This document shows positions 41,227 through 51,281 of a stretch of 64,000 nt of DNA, piece after piece. Source of the DNA: Dehalococcoidia bacterium (GTDB lineage Bacteria > Chloroflexota > Dehalococcoidia > Lucifugimonadales > UBA3495); NCBI GenBank assembly GCA_022825745.1, contig JAJDWF010000113.1:26400-90399 (forward strand). The letters run 5' to 3'. Every line of letters starts with the position of its first letter. Positions within the stretch are counted from its first letter, which is position 1. A program made the translations under genes and the position numbers. The notes beneath the pieces were generated by a model. The model saw only the letters and a list, made by a program, of their open reading frames with translations. It had not been told where the DNA came from and did not search any database.

Positions 41227-43098
41227 ATGGTTCGGCAAGAGTTTGACCATCGCGTACTGGTAACGCCGGAGCGCCCGGGCGTTTATCTGATGAAGAACGC
41301 CCGGGGCGCGGTCATCTACGTGGGCAAGGCCGCCGTGCTGCGGAACCGCCTCCGCTCCTACTTCGGATCGCCGGCCGGCCTGGATCGCAAGACGCGCCGG
41401 ATGGTCAGCGAGCTGGCGGACTTCGAGTACATCGTCACCGACACCGAGGCCGAAGCGCTGATCCTGGAAAACACCCTGATCAAGCGCCACCGTCCCTACT
41501 TCAACGTCCGTCTCAAGGACGACAAGACCTACCCGTTCCTGAAAGTTGACCTGGCCGAGGAATTCCCGCGGGTGTACATCACCCGGGGCGCCCACACCGA
41601 CGGCGCTCGTTACTTCGGCCCCTTCGCCAGCGCCGGCAGCGTCCGCCAGTCCATGGACCTGGTCAAGAAGCTGTTCCCGTACCGTTCCTGCACCAAGCGC
41701 ATCACCGGAACCGATCCGCGCCCCTGCCTGGAATACTACATCCACCGCTGCGTCGGCCCGTGCGCCGGCCTGGCCACCCGCGAGGAATACGACGAGGTGA
41801 TCAAGCAGGTCATCCTGTTCCTGGAGGGCAACACCGAAACGGTCACCGGGCAGCTCAAGGACAAGATGGAACAGGCCGCCGAGTCGCTGGAGTTCGAGCG
41901 CGCCGCCGTGCTGCGGGACCAGATGGGGGCCATCCAGAAATTCGAGGAGGAACGCACCGTCAAGGTGGATTCCGGGCGCGCCATGGACCTGGACGTCATC
42001 GCCGTTTCCGTGGCCGACCCCGACTCGCGCGTGCGGGAAGCCTGGGTTGAGGTGTTCTTCATCCGGCGGGGCAAGCTGATCGGACGCGACCACTTCTTCA
42101 TGGAAGGGCCGGAGGACGATGAACCCGGCGCCATCATCGCCCAGTTTGTGCAGCAGTTCTACGCCAACGCGCTGGAGATTCCGCCCACGATCCTGATCCA
42201 GCACGACCCGCCGGAGGAGGACGCCCAACTGTTGCAGGATTTCCTGCGCAACCGGCGCGGCGGCGCGGTTCGCCTCTACCGTCCCCAGCGCGGCGAGAAC
42301 CGCAAGCTGGTGCAGGTAGTGGCCGAAAACGCCGCCGAGGGCCTGGCCCAGCATCGCGCCAAGTGGCTCAATCGCTCCGACGTAGTGCAGGGAGCCCTCA
42401 CCGAGCTTGAGGAGGAACTCAGCCTGCCCGCCGCTCCCGTGCGCATGGAGTGTTACGACATCTCCCACATCCAGGGCAGCAACCTGGTGGGCAGCATGGT
42501 CGTCTTTGACGACGGCAAGCCCCGCACCCGCGACTATCGCCGCTTCAAAATCAAGGCCGTGGACGGCGTTGACGACTACGCCAGCATGAAAGAGATGCTG
42601 ACCCGGCGTTTCAAGCGGCTCAGCCAGGCCATCGACAACCCCGACCCCGACGGTAAGGTGGACACCTGGGGCGTCATGCCCGACCTGGTAATCATCGACG
42701 GCGGCAAGGGCCACCTGTCCGCCGCCCGGGAGGTCATGCTGCACCTGGGCCTGGAGCAGATTCCCCTGTGCTCGCTGGCCAAGGAAAACGAGGAAATCTT
42801 CGTGCCTCACACGCCGGAGCCCATCGTGCTGCCCCGGGACTCCCAGGCCCTGTATCTCATGCAGCGCATCCGCGACGAAGCCCACCGCTTCGCCATCACC
42901 TTCCACCGCAACCTGCGCTCCAAGGGCAGCCTGAAATCGCCCATCGACATGGTCACCGGCATCGGCCCCAAGCGCAAGCGGATGCTGCTGCGCCGCTTCG
43001 GTTCCCTGCAAGGCATCAAGGAAGCCACCGTTGAGGACATCGCCGCCGTCCCCGGCCTGACCCGTTCCCTCGCCATAAGACTCAAACAGACCATATAA
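41227..43098 (+). CDS. uvrC: Excinuclease ABC subunit C
   Basis: GIY-YIG N-terminus (PGVYLMKNARGAVIYVGKA), UVR and RNase H-like regions, C-terminal HhH. 623 aa. Confidence 0.9.
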   Translation: MVRQEFDHRVLVTPERPGVYLMKNARGAVIYVGKAAVLRNRLRSYFGSPAGLDRKTRRMVSELADFEYIVTDTEAEALILENTLIKRHRPYFNVRLKDDKTYPFLKVDLAEEFPRVYITRGAHTDGARYFGPFASAGSVRQSMDLVKKLFPYRSCTKRITGTDPRPCLEYYIHRCVGPCAGLATREEYDEVIKQVILFLEGNTETVTGQLKDKMEQAAESLEFERAAVLRDQMGAIQKFEEERTVKVDSGRAMDLDVIAVSVADPDSRVREAWVEVFFIRRGKLIGRDHFFMEGPEDDEPGAIIAQFVQQFYANALEIPPTILIQHDPPEEDAQLLQDFLRNRRGGAVRLYRPQRGENRKLVQVVAENAAEGLAQHRAKWLNRSDVVQGALTELEEELSLPAAPVRMECYDISHIQGSNLVGSMVVFDDGKPRTRDYRRFKIKAVDGVDDYASMKEMLTRRFKRLSQAIDNPDPDGKVDTWGVMPDLVIIDGGKGHLSAAREVMLHLGLEQIPLCSLAKENEEIFVPHTPEPIVLPRDSQALYLMQRIRDEAHRFAITFHRNLRSKGSLKSPIDMVTGIGPKRKRMLLRRFGSLQGIKEATVEDIAAVPGLTRSLAIRLKQTI

Positions 43099-43120
43099 AC
43101 CGCGCCGCCGGAGCGTTCTT

Positions 43121-43126
43121 TATAAT
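43121..43126 (+). promoter_or_regulatory. -10 hexamer TATAAT
   Basis: In the uvrC-downstream intergenic region, about 145 nt upstream of the next CDS. Confidence 0.25.
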
Positions 43127-43267
43127 GCGGCTGGGCTGACGTAATCCCGCAAACCCGCCATCCGTTCGCCTTGCCACAAACCCCGACGGTACATTACCAT
43201 TGGGCTATCAGAGGGCTTCTGAATCGCGGAGCCGGCCGGCCGCACCGCGGCTGGCGACGACCTCACT

Positions 43268-44038
43268 GTGACCGGGTGGCAGGGAATGATCAAACTCAAC
43301 ATCACATTGCCGTCGGGCGCTCAGGTGTCCATCGAGGCCGACGATAAAGACCTGGTGCGCGAGATACTATACTCGACGATGCCGCACCTGAACGGCGTCG
43401 CGCATCAGTCGAACGGCGAGGCCAACGTCCACACGCCCGAGGCCGCCGCTCATCACAACGGCTCTCACACCAACGGCCACGGCTCCGCTCCCGTCCAGCC
43501 CGCTCCGGCGTCCAACGGAGCCGACCCCACGCGAGTCGCCGCCACCAACGGTGCTGCCGGCGGCAACCCTGCGCCGAGCCCTCACGCCCCCGGTACCGCC
43601 GAGACAGCCGCGCCCGTGGCAGAGTCGCAACCCACGCCGGCCGCGCCAACCACGGCCGCTGCGCCGCCGCCGCCTCCCGCTCCGGTTTTCAGCCCATCCA
43701 CCCCCGACGAGCACGAATACATCGCCTTCTGCCAGCGGGTAAACCCCCTGGGCGATATGCGCCGCGTGGTGGTCGCCGCCGAAGCCGCCGACCGTCATCT
43801 GAACGTGCGCAGCGTCGATCCCGACGAACTGGAACGCCTCTTCACCCTGGCCGGTTGGCCTATCCCGCACAGCTTCGTCCAAACCCTGCGCAACGCCGCC
43901 CGCACCAAGTTCCGCTGGCTGGAACGCATCTCAGGCCAGGCCGGACACTATCGCGTAACCGACACCGGACGCAGCATCGTGCTGGGCGAAAACGCCCCCT
44001 CCCGCAAGAACCCGTCGGACGGCGACCCGCAAAGCTGA
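43268..44038 (+). CDS. Hypothetical protein with low-complexity Pro/Ala linker
   Basis: GTG 43268 or ATG 43286 (MIKLNITLPSG..). Structured C-terminal domain (EHEYIAFCQRVNPLGDMRRVVVAAEAAD..). No family recognised. Confidence 0.5.
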   Translation: MTGWQGMIKLNITLPSGAQVSIEADDKDLVREILYSTMPHLNGVAHQSNGEANVHTPEAAAHHNGSHTNGHGSAPVQPAPASNGADPTRVAATNGAAGGNPAPSPHAPGTAETAAPVAESQPTPAAPTTAAAPPPPPAPVFSPSTPDEHEYIAFCQRVNPLGDMRRVVVAAEAADRHLNVRSVDPDELERLFTLAGWPIPHSFVQTLRNAARTKFRWLERISGQAGHYRVTDTGRSIVLGENAPSRKNPSDGDPQS

Positions 44039-44071
44039 ATCCAATTCGGCCGTTACAGGAGACAATCAGCA

Positions 44072-45001
44072 ATGGCAAAAGTAGGATTTATTGGCCTGGG
44101 CACCATGGGCGCCAGCATGGCGTACAACTGCCTGAACGGCGGCAACGACATGGTGGTCCATGACATCCGCCGCGAAGCCGCTACCCAGCACCTGGAGGCT
44201 GGCGCTACGTGGGCTGACACACCCCGCGAGGTCGCCGAGTCCACCGACGTGGTGTTCACCTCGCTGCCGGGCCCGGTGGAAGTGGAGGCCGTTTCGCTGG
44301 GCGAGGACGGTATCATGTCCGGGATGTCCGGCGGCAAAGCTTATTTCGACCTCAGCACCAGTTCGCCCACGCTGATCCGGCAGATTCACGACCGGGTCGC
44401 CCCTATGGGCATCAACGTGCTGGACGCCCCCGTAAGCGGTGGCCCGGCCGGTGCCGCCAGCGGTCGCCTGGCCATCTGGGTCGGCGGCGACAAGGCCGTG
44501 TTCGACCAGCACAAGGCGGTGCTGGACTCCATCGGCGACGCCGCCTACTACGTGGGCCCCATCGGCAGCGGCGCCGTCGCCAAGCTGGTGCACAACTGCG
44601 CCGGCTACATCGTGCAGACCGCCCTGGCCGAGGTGTTCACCATGGGCATCAAGGCCGGCGTGGACCCGCTGGCCCTCTGGCTCGCCGTCCGCAAGGGCGC
44701 CGGCGGACGCCGGGGCATGTTCGAGGGCCTGGCCCAGCACTTCCTGATCAACGACTACGACCCGCCGGACTTCGCCCTGCGCCTGGCCCGCAAGGACGTT
44801 GATCTGGCGGTGGCCGTGGGCCGCGAGTTCGACGTGCCCATGAAGCTCGCCAACACCACCCTGGCCGAGATGACCGAGGCGCTCAACCGCGGCTGGGCCG
44901 GCCGCGACTCCCGCGTCGCCATGCTGCTCCAACAAGAGCGCGCCGGCATCGAGTTCGAGGTCGACCCGGAAGACATCCGCCGCGCCTTGGAAGCAGAGTA
45001 A
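44072..45001 (+). CDS. NAD(P)-dependent HIBADH-family dehydrogenase (second copy)
   Basis: MAKVGFIGLGTMGASMAYN.. 309 aa. Confidence 0.85.
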   Translation: MAKVGFIGLGTMGASMAYNCLNGGNDMVVHDIRREAATQHLEAGATWADTPREVAESTDVVFTSLPGPVEVEAVSLGEDGIMSGMSGGKAYFDLSTSSPTLIRQIHDRVAPMGINVLDAPVSGGPAGAASGRLAIWVGGDKAVFDQHKAVLDSIGDAAYYVGPIGSGAVAKLVHNCAGYIVQTALAEVFTMGIKAGVDPLALWLAVRKGAGGRRGMFEGLAQHFLINDYDPPDFALRLARKDVDLAVAVGREFDVPMKLANTTLAEMTEALNRGWAGRDSRVAMLLQQERAGIEFEVDPEDIRRALEAE

Positions 45002-45041
45002 GGCGGGTAGGATATACTGGGATCTCTGACGGGGTTCCATC

Positions 45042-46061
45042 ATGGTCGTGCGAGCAAGTGGCATAAATCCGGCAATGCTGCGCTGGGCGCGAGAACGGGC
45101 GGGCTACTCCATTGAGGAAGTGGCCCGCCGGATGAGGGTGCCAGCTGAACGAGTAAAAGGATGGGAGTCGGGTCGGACCTGCCCAACTTGGAGACAAGTA
45201 GAAAGCTTGGCTCAACGGCTTTACCACCGGAGCGCCACGCTGTTCTTCTTGAACCATCCTCCTGAGGAACCCACGATTTACGACGAATTCCCGCAATTGC
45301 CGGCCAGCGTACTGAGCGACCTGCACCCCGATACTCTATACGCGATTCGGCAAGCCAGAGCCCGGCAGCACTATCTAAGGTTGTTGGCGCCGTTTCAAGA
45401 CGCCTCTACCAATCAGGTAATGCTCGACCTGAGGAACCGAGCGTACTCGGGCGATCCGCATTCGTTGGCACGACTGGCCGAACAGTATCTCGACCCAAGC
45501 CCTGACCAGGAAACAGATCATGCAACCGGCGGAGCGTCCGCCTCTTATTGGCGGAAATGGGTTGAAGGCGCCGGCGCCTGGGTTTTCCTGCGCGGTTTCA
45601 AGCAGGAAGACATAGCAGGGTTTTGCTTGTGGGAATACCGATTTCCAGTTATCTACGTGAACCATGCTTTGTCGCTACCGCGCATGTCCGCCACCATCCT
45701 CAGGCAATTCTCGCACTTGCTTTTCGATTTCAACCACATCGAAAGGACTGACGAAAGTCATTACCTAACTTTCTTGTCTGGCGATGCGCTGGTAGTTGAA
45801 CAGGCGTGCAATGAATTTGCAAAAGAATTGATGGATACGCATGAAAGCGAGGGAAGCCTGACTCCTTCAATTGCCCTACGCAACGGCGGTGGAAACTATT
45901 ATTCAGACCAAGCAATTCGTTTGGGCAAAAAATACTTGCAGGCCGCATTTTTCGCGTTTGACGACGAGCGCATTGACGAAGCCATGCTGTCGTCGGCGCT
46001 TGGAGTGAAAGCCGAACAGATCAACCACCTGGAATCATTCGCGTGGCAGGGTGAGATATAG
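45042..46061 (+). CDS. XRE-type HTH + ImmA/IrrE-like domain protein with degenerate HExxH
   Basis: N-terminal LRWARERAGYSIEEVARRMRV (HTH). ILRQFSHLLFDF sits where the ImmA family has HELGHLL (His to Arg, Glu to Gln). Confidence 0.65.
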   Translation: MVVRASGINPAMLRWARERAGYSIEEVARRMRVPAERVKGWESGRTCPTWRQVESLAQRLYHRSATLFFLNHPPEEPTIYDEFPQLPASVLSDLHPDTLYAIRQARARQHYLRLLAPFQDASTNQVMLDLRNRAYSGDPHSLARLAEQYLDPSPDQETDHATGGASASYWRKWVEGAGAWVFLRGFKQEDIAGFCLWEYRFPVIYVNHALSLPRMSATILRQFSHLLFDFNHIERTDESHYLTFLSGDALVVEQACNEFAKELMDTHESEGSLTPSIALRNGGGNYYSDQAIRLGKKYLQAAFFAFDDERIDEAMLSSALGVKAEQINHLESFAWQGEI

Positions 46062-46062
46062 C

Positions 46063-46560
46063 ATGACGTTGTACGTCTTGGATACCAACACCTTGAGTAC
46101 GATATTTCGCTTTTACTATCAGAATGTGTTCGTAACATTCTGGACGATGTTCGATAATTTGTTGGTGAACAGAGGCGCGATATCGGTTCGGCAGGTACGC
46201 CCGGAACTTGAGCGATGGGGAGGTTCGGATGCTTGGATCCGTCATTTGCTGGCCAATAATCCTGACTTCTTCGCTGACAATACGCTCAATGAGCTTGGCG
46301 CCATGGGCGAGTTTATGAATTCGTCGCCTCTGGCAACGGCGTTAGCAGGGTGGATGCACAATATCGGTCCCGATGAACCGACTGTTGCAGACCCATATTT
46401 GATCGCAAAGGCGATGTTGTCGTCCGATCTGGCAACGGTGGTTACCCAAGAGAGCCCGGCTCGAAACTCGACCTCCCGTATCCCTTATGTCTGCGGGCAG
46501 TTGGGTGTCCCCTGCATCAATCTTGAGCAGATGATGAGCCAACTGGGCTGGCGATTCTAG
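46063..46560 (+). CDS. DUF4411 (PIN-like) family protein
   Basis: MTLYVLDTNTLSTIF.. N-terminal acidic PIN-like motif, ..DPYLIAKAM.., VVTQES. The ATG is 1 nt after the stop of the upstream gene. Confidence 0.65.
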   Translation: MTLYVLDTNTLSTIFRFYYQNVFVTFWTMFDNLLVNRGAISVRQVRPELERWGGSDAWIRHLLANNPDFFADNTLNELGAMGEFMNSSPLATALAGWMHNIGPDEPTVADPYLIAKAMLSSDLATVVTQESPARNSTSRIPYVCGQLGVPCINLEQMMSQLGWRF

Positions 46561-46575
46561 TCCCCAGCCAGCCAA

Positions 46576-48063
46576 CTAATCCGCCGCTGCCGGTTCCCAC
46601 CGCAGCACCGGCCGCCGCGCCGCCGTAGCCTCGTCCAGGCGCGACACGGGCGTGCTATGCGGCGCGTGCTGCACCAGTTCCGGCTCGGTGGTCGCCTCGG
46701 CGTCGATGGCGCGCAGGGCGTCGATAAAAGCGTCCAGCGTCTCCTTGGTCTCCGACTCGGTCGGCTCAATCATCAGCGCTTCATGCACGATTAGCGGGAA
46801 ATACATCGTCGGCGCGTGGAACCCGTAGTCCAGCAGCCGCTTGGCGACCTCCAGCCCGCTGACCCCGCGCTCCCGTTGCCGGTCGGCGGAGAACACCACC
46901 TCGTGCATGCAGGTGCGGTCGTAGGGCAGCGCGTAGATATCCTTCAGCGCGTGCATGATGTAGTTGGCGTTCAGCACCGCGTTGCCGCTGATGGATTGCA
47001 GGCCCGCCGCGCCCAGCGTGCGGATGTACGTGTAGGCCCGCACCAGCACGCCGAAGTTGCCGTGGAACCCGCTGATCTTGCCGATGCTCTCCGCCGGTTC
47101 CGACAGGGTGAACTCGCCGGCCCCGTTCCCCGGATCAACGACGCGCTCCACCACCGGCGCGGCCAGGTAGGGCGCGAGGATCTCGCCGCAGCACACCGGG
47201 CCGGCGCCCGGCCCGCCGCCGCCGTGGGGCGTGCTGAAAGTCTTGTGCAGGTTCAGGTGGCAAACGTCGAAGCCCAGCTCGCCCAGCTTGGCCCGGCCCA
47301 GCAGCGCGTTCATGTTGGCGCCGTCGCCATACACCAGGCCGCCGCACTCATGCACCACCTGGCACACCTCCAGGATGTGGCTGTCGAACAGACCCAAAGT
47401 GCTGGGCAGGGTGATCATCACGCCGGCCAGGTCGTCGCCGGCGATTTCACGCAGGGCCGCCAGGTCGGTATTGCCGTCCGCGTCCGATGGAATCGTCACC
47501 ACGTCGAACCCGGCCATGGCCGCCGACGCTGGGTTGGTGCCGTGGGCGCTATCGGGTATGCCCATCTTGGTGCGTCCCGAATCGCCCCGCGCCAGGTGGT
47601 AGGCCCGCATCATCAGGACGCCGGCCAACTCGCCGTGTGCCCCGGCCAGGGTGGCCAGGCTGGTGGCGGACATGCCGGTCACCTCGGTGAGGAATTCCTG
47701 CAACCGGTACAGCAACTCCAGCGCGCCTTGCGACTGCTCGGCCGGCTGTTGCGGGTGGATGCCGGCGAACCCGGGCAGGAACGCCACCTCGTCGTTGACC
47801 TTGGGGTTGTACTTCATGGTGCACGACCCCAACGGATAGAAGTGGGTGTCGATGCTGAAGTTCAGCTGGCTCAGGGAGGTGAAATACTGCACCACCTCGG
47901 GCTCGGAGACCTCGGGCAGCGGCAGCGAATCCCGCAGATACGCGGCATCCAGTGGGGGCGCGGCCGGCACGTCCAGTTCCGGCGTGATGACGCCCACGCG
48001 GCCGGATACGCTGCGGTCCATGAGCATCCTGGTGGTGTCGCGGTTTCCGCCTTTGTTCAGCAT
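46576..48063 (-). CDS. gcvPB: Glycine dehydrogenase (decarboxylating) subunit 2
   Basis: FYPLGSCTMKYNPK, NLHKTFSTPHGGGGPG. Start uncertain (48063, 48027 or 48117). Confidence 0.9.
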   Translation of the reverse strand: MLNKGGNRDTTRMLMDRSVSGRVGVITPELDVPAAPPLDAAYLRDSLPLPEVSEPEVVQYFTSLSQLNFSIDTHFYPLGSCTMKYNPKVNDEVAFLPGFAGIHPQQPAEQSQGALELLYRLQEFLTEVTGMSATSLATLAGAHGELAGVLMMRAYHLARGDSGRTKMGIPDSAHGTNPASAAMAGFDVVTIPSDADGNTDLAALREIAGDDLAGVMITLPSTLGLFDSHILEVCQVVHECGGLVYGDGANMNALLGRAKLGELGFDVCHLNLHKTFSTPHGGGGPGAGPVCCGEILAPYLAAPVVERVVDPGNGAGEFTLSEPAESIGKISGFHGNFGVLVRAYTYIRTLGAAGLQSISGNAVLNANYIMHALKDIYALPYDRTCMHEVVFSADRQRERGVSGLEVAKRLLDYGFHAPTMYFPLIVHEALMIEPTESETKETLDAFIDALRAIDAEATTEPELVQHAPHSTPVSRLDEATAARRPVLRWEPAAAD

Positions 48064-48132
48064 GTTAGGGTTGTCTCCGGTTACAAGTGTACTGTGCTGG
48101 GGATGCGCAATCGCCACATCGCCCGGCCCCCG

Positions 48133-49458
48133 CTACGCGATTTCTGACAGCGCCGAGACCAGGGCGTCGATTTCGGCGCGGGTGTTCATCTCGGTTACGC
48201 AGAGCAGCATTCCGTTGTCGAACCGGTCGCTCACGTCCAGGCCGCCCAGGATGTTGCGCTCCATCAGCCGGCGGTTCACTTCGGCCGGCGGCTGCGGGCA
48301 GGACACTACGAACTCCTGGAAGAACGCGCCTGATTGGGGCAGGGAATATCCGTCCAGCTTGCCGATTTCAGCGGCGGCGTAGTGCGCCTTGTGGTAGCAC
48401 AGTTCCGCCGCTTGGCGCAGCCCGTTCCGGCCCATGGCGGCCAGGTAGATCGACGAGGCCAGTGCGTACAGGGCCTCGTTGGTGCAGATGTTGGAGGTGG
48501 CGCGCTCCCGGCGGATGTGCTGCTCCCGGGTTTGCAGGGTCAGCACGTAGCCGGTGCGCCCCTCGGTGTCGGTGGTGCGCCCCACCAGGCGGCTGGGCAT
48601 CTGGCGGATGTACTGCTGCTTGCAGCTGAACAGGCCCAGGTACGGGCCCCCGAAGGACGGCGGGATGCCCAGGGGTTGGCCCTCGCCCGTAACGATGTCC
48701 GCGCCGAACTCGCCGGGCGGCTTCAGCATCCCCATGGCCAGCGGGTCGGCGGACACCACCAGCAGCGCGCCGTCGGCGTGGGCCGCCTCGCCCAACGCTT
48801 GCAGGTCCTCCAGCGAACCGTAGAAGTTGGGGTACTGCGCCACGATGCCGGCGGTGGCCTCGGTGATCGCGCCGGTGACCTGGTCGGCCGGCGTGATGTC
48901 GATGGTGATGCCCTGGGCCTGGCAGTAGGTGGCGATTACCTGGCGGTAGGCCGGCGACACCGTGTCGGCGACGATAACCTGCTGGCGCCGGGTGACGCGG
49001 CAGGCCATCAGCACGGCCTCGGCCACGCTGGTGGCCCCGTCGTACATGCCGGCGTTGGCGACCTCCATGCCGTACAGGGCGCTGATCATGGTCTGGAACT
49101 CGAAGATTACCTGCAACGTGCCCTGGGACACTTCCGGCTGGTAAGGCGTGTAGGCGGTCAGGAACTCGCCCCGCGTCATGATCGCCTTGACGATGGACGG
49201 TATGAAGTGGTGGTACGAGCCGGCGCCCAGGAAGGACGGGCCGCTGGCCAGTGGCCGGTTCCGCGCCGCCAGCTCGTTCAGCTCGCGCTGGATCTCCAGC
49301 TCCGAAAGCGGCGCCGGCAATTCCAGCGTCGGGTTGCGGTAACCATCCGGAATGTCCGCAAACAACTCGTCGATGTTCCGCAAGCCGATGGCGGCCAGCA
49401 AATCGTCCTGCTCGGCAGGCGTGTTGGGAATGTAATGTGACTGAAAGTTGGTTACCAT
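48133..49458 (-). CDS. gcvPA: Glycine dehydrogenase (decarboxylating) subunit 1
   Basis: Start MVTNFQSHYIPNTPAEQDDLLAAIG.. TAYTPYQPEVSQGTLQ. Confidence 0.9.
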   Translation of the reverse strand: MVTNFQSHYIPNTPAEQDDLLAAIGLRNIDELFADIPDGYRNPTLELPAPLSELEIQRELNELAARNRPLASGPSFLGAGSYHHFIPSIVKAIMTRGEFLTAYTPYQPEVSQGTLQVIFEFQTMISALYGMEVANAGMYDGATSVAEAVLMACRVTRRQQVIVADTVSPAYRQVIATYCQAQGITIDITPADQVTGAITEATAGIVAQYPNFYGSLEDLQALGEAAHADGALLVVSADPLAMGMLKPPGEFGADIVTGEGQPLGIPPSFGGPYLGLFSCKQQYIRQMPSRLVGRTTDTEGRTGYVLTLQTREQHIRRERATSNICTNEALYALASSIYLAAMGRNGLRQAAELCYHKAHYAAAEIGKLDGYSLPQSGAFFQEFVVSCPQPPAEVNRRLMERNILGGLDVSDRFDNGMLLCVTEMNTRAEIDALVSALSEIA

Positions 49459-49564
49459 TCGGGATAGCTCCGCTGGTGGAGGTTTAGGGCGCATTGAGTA
49501 TGTTTTGCATTTTAGCGACGAATTGCAAGGTCGCGATGCGGTTTTGCGCGATGTGAAATCTCTT

Positions 49565-50761
49565 TCACGCCAGCACGCGGTACCGGTAGCTGGATTCCAG
49601 CAAGTCCCCCTCCGCAAACCGGGTGAACCGCAGCGGCGTCAGGTCAACGTCCCGGGCGCGCCCCTCCACCACCAACTCGGCAACGGCCTTGCCGATGGCC
49701 GGGGACAACTTGAACCCATGCCCGCTGAACCCGATGCCGCAGTAGAGGCCGCCGACCCCGGGTACCGCGTCCAGCACCGGATGCCAGTCGGGCGTGGTGG
49801 TGAACAGTCCCGACCACCCGCCCCGGTAATACGCGTCGGCCATGCCGGGGATGCGCCGGGCCAGCTTGCCCCGGGCGATTGCCGCCTCCGACAACTCCAG
49901 GCCCTGGGGATAAACGTCCGGGTCGGATTGTTCGTTGTCGTCTCCGAACCCCATGGTGGTGAAGTTGGAGCCGTCGGGCCGGAAGGAGAAGGACTGGCTG
50001 ATGTCGCCGACGGTGGGATGGTTGGGCACCCGCTCCAGGGGACGGGCCACGGTGGCGATCTGGTGCCGCACGGGAATCAGGGGCACGTCAACTCCCACGC
50101 CGGCGAGCACCTGTTTTGACCATGGGCCGGCGGCGACGATGACGGTGTCGGTAGCAATGCGGTCGCCGTCGGCGGTCACCACGGCCTGCACCCGGTCGCC
50201 CTGCGTTTCGATTCCGGCGGCGGGGGTGCGCATCAGGATGCGCGCGCCGGCCTCGCGGGCCCGGGCAGCGTAGGATACGGTGACCTGGTAGGGGTCGGCG
50301 TAACCCGAGTTCGGCTCCCAGGCGGCCCGCTCGTCGTCGTACAGCGTGACCATCGGCGCCACCTGCGCCAGGTCGTCCCGGGACACCACCGACGTCGGCA
50401 CCCCCAGCTCCTGCTGCATGGCGACGTTGCGTTCCAGGCCGGCCTCATCCGCTTCGTTGACCACCACCAGGTAGCCGGTATTCACAAACCCCGAAGTGCC
50501 GCCCACCCTGGCGTCAAAGTCGGCGAAAACTTGCAGGCTCTGCCACGCCAGTTCGGTGGTCACGGCGTTGGAGTAGTGCATCCGGCAGATGGCCTGGGAG
50601 CGGCCCGTGCTGCCGGAGCCGAGCACGTCGCGTTCCAGCAGTACCGTGTTGGCAACGCCCAGCCTCGCCAGGTGATACTGGATCGCGCAGCCCATAACGC
50701 CGCCGCCGATGATCACGGCGTCGGCGGTTGACGGGACGGACGGTGCGGGATTACTCGGCAT
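49565..50761 (-). CDS. FAD-dependent oxidoreductase (DAO family, sarcosine/glycine oxidase beta-like)
   Basis: DAVIIGGGVMGCAIQYHLAR. 398 aa. Confidence 0.8.
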   Translation of the reverse strand: MPSNPAPSVPSTADAVIIGGGVMGCAIQYHLARLGVANTVLLERDVLGSGSTGRSQAICRMHYSNAVTTELAWQSLQVFADFDARVGGTSGFVNTGYLVVVNEADEAGLERNVAMQQELGVPTSVVSRDDLAQVAPMVTLYDDERAAWEPNSGYADPYQVTVSYAARAREAGARILMRTPAAGIETQGDRVQAVVTADGDRIATDTVIVAAGPWSKQVLAGVGVDVPLIPVRHQIATVARPLERVPNHPTVGDISQSFSFRPDGSNFTTMGFGDDNEQSDPDVYPQGLELSEAAIARGKLARRIPGMADAYYRGGWSGLFTTTPDWHPVLDAVPGVGGLYCGIGFSGHGFKLSPAIGKAVAELVVEGRARDVDLTPLRFTRFAEGDLLESSYRYRVLA

Positions 50762-51191
50762 CTCCTTTCCAGGAAAGGATGCGCTTGACGTTGATTACGA
50801 TGGCAACGAGTTTCTGATCGCCCTGCGTCAATTCGTTGGCGTCCTCCTCCCCACGCTCGTCCCCTTCGTAGCGGGAGAAGATGCTGCGCACCGCCTCCTT
50901 GATGTTGTCGGTGGTCACGGTGGCGTCGCCCTCCAGGATGACGTACTGGTAAGGCCACTCGTCGGTGGCTATGGAAAGCGAGACCTTGGGGTTGCGGCGG
51001 ATGTTCCGGGTCTTGACGGCGGACTCGCCGGATACGACGGTTATGGTGCCGGTCTCGGGTTCGCTGCCGGCTTGCCATTGGTACCAGACCGGAGAGATGT
51101 GGGGGCCGCCATTTCGCCGGATGGAAGCGAAATGGGCCACGTGGGCGCCGGCAAGATAGTCGTCAACTTCCTGGGGAGTTAGCCGCGGCAT
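50751..51191 (-). CDS. PPOX-class (pyridoxamine 5'-phosphate oxidase-like / F420-binding) protein
   Basis: Start MPRLTPQEVDDYLAGAHVAHFASIRRNGGPHISPVWY.. Confidence 0.7.
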   Translation of the reverse strand: MPRLTPQEVDDYLAGAHVAHFASIRRNGGPHISPVWYQWQAGSEPETGTITVVSGESAVKTRNIRRNPKVSLSIATDEWPYQYVILEGDATVTTDNIKEAVRSIFSRYEGDERGEEDANELTQGDQKLVAIVINVKRILSWKGDAE

Positions 51192-51281
51192 TGTAACCTC
51201 TAGCCATCGGAGAACAGTGGACGCTGTGGTCCGAGAGTTGTAGATTATTGGAAATATCATACCATAGCGCGGAGACGTGAT

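Noticed and set aside
40720-43011. Very long antisense ORFs, for example 763 aa opposite uvrC. Others: 37359..39212 opposite mutS2, 8641..10032, 60750..62666, 25507..27000, 14186..15586, 6335..7447, 21908..23200.
   Set aside because: Arg/Gly/Ala/Pro/His-rich low-complexity translations with no motifs. Each lies opposite a gene with clear family signatures. These are the usual shadow ORFs of high-GC DNA.
43099-43267. A 169-nt leader after a TATAAT box as a possible riboswitch or sRNA.
   Set aside because: I could not recognise any known riboswitch core (TPP, SAM, cobalamin, glycine, c-di-GMP) or a stable terminator/antiterminator pair by eye. This remains unassigned rather than called.
49459-49564. 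Possible glycine riboswitch upstream of gcvPA.
   Set aside because: Read on the minus strand, the leader lacks the conserved GGAGAG .. ACCGAAGGGGCAA-type cores and the tandem aptamer organisation. There is only a short CTCC/GGAG helix next to the start.
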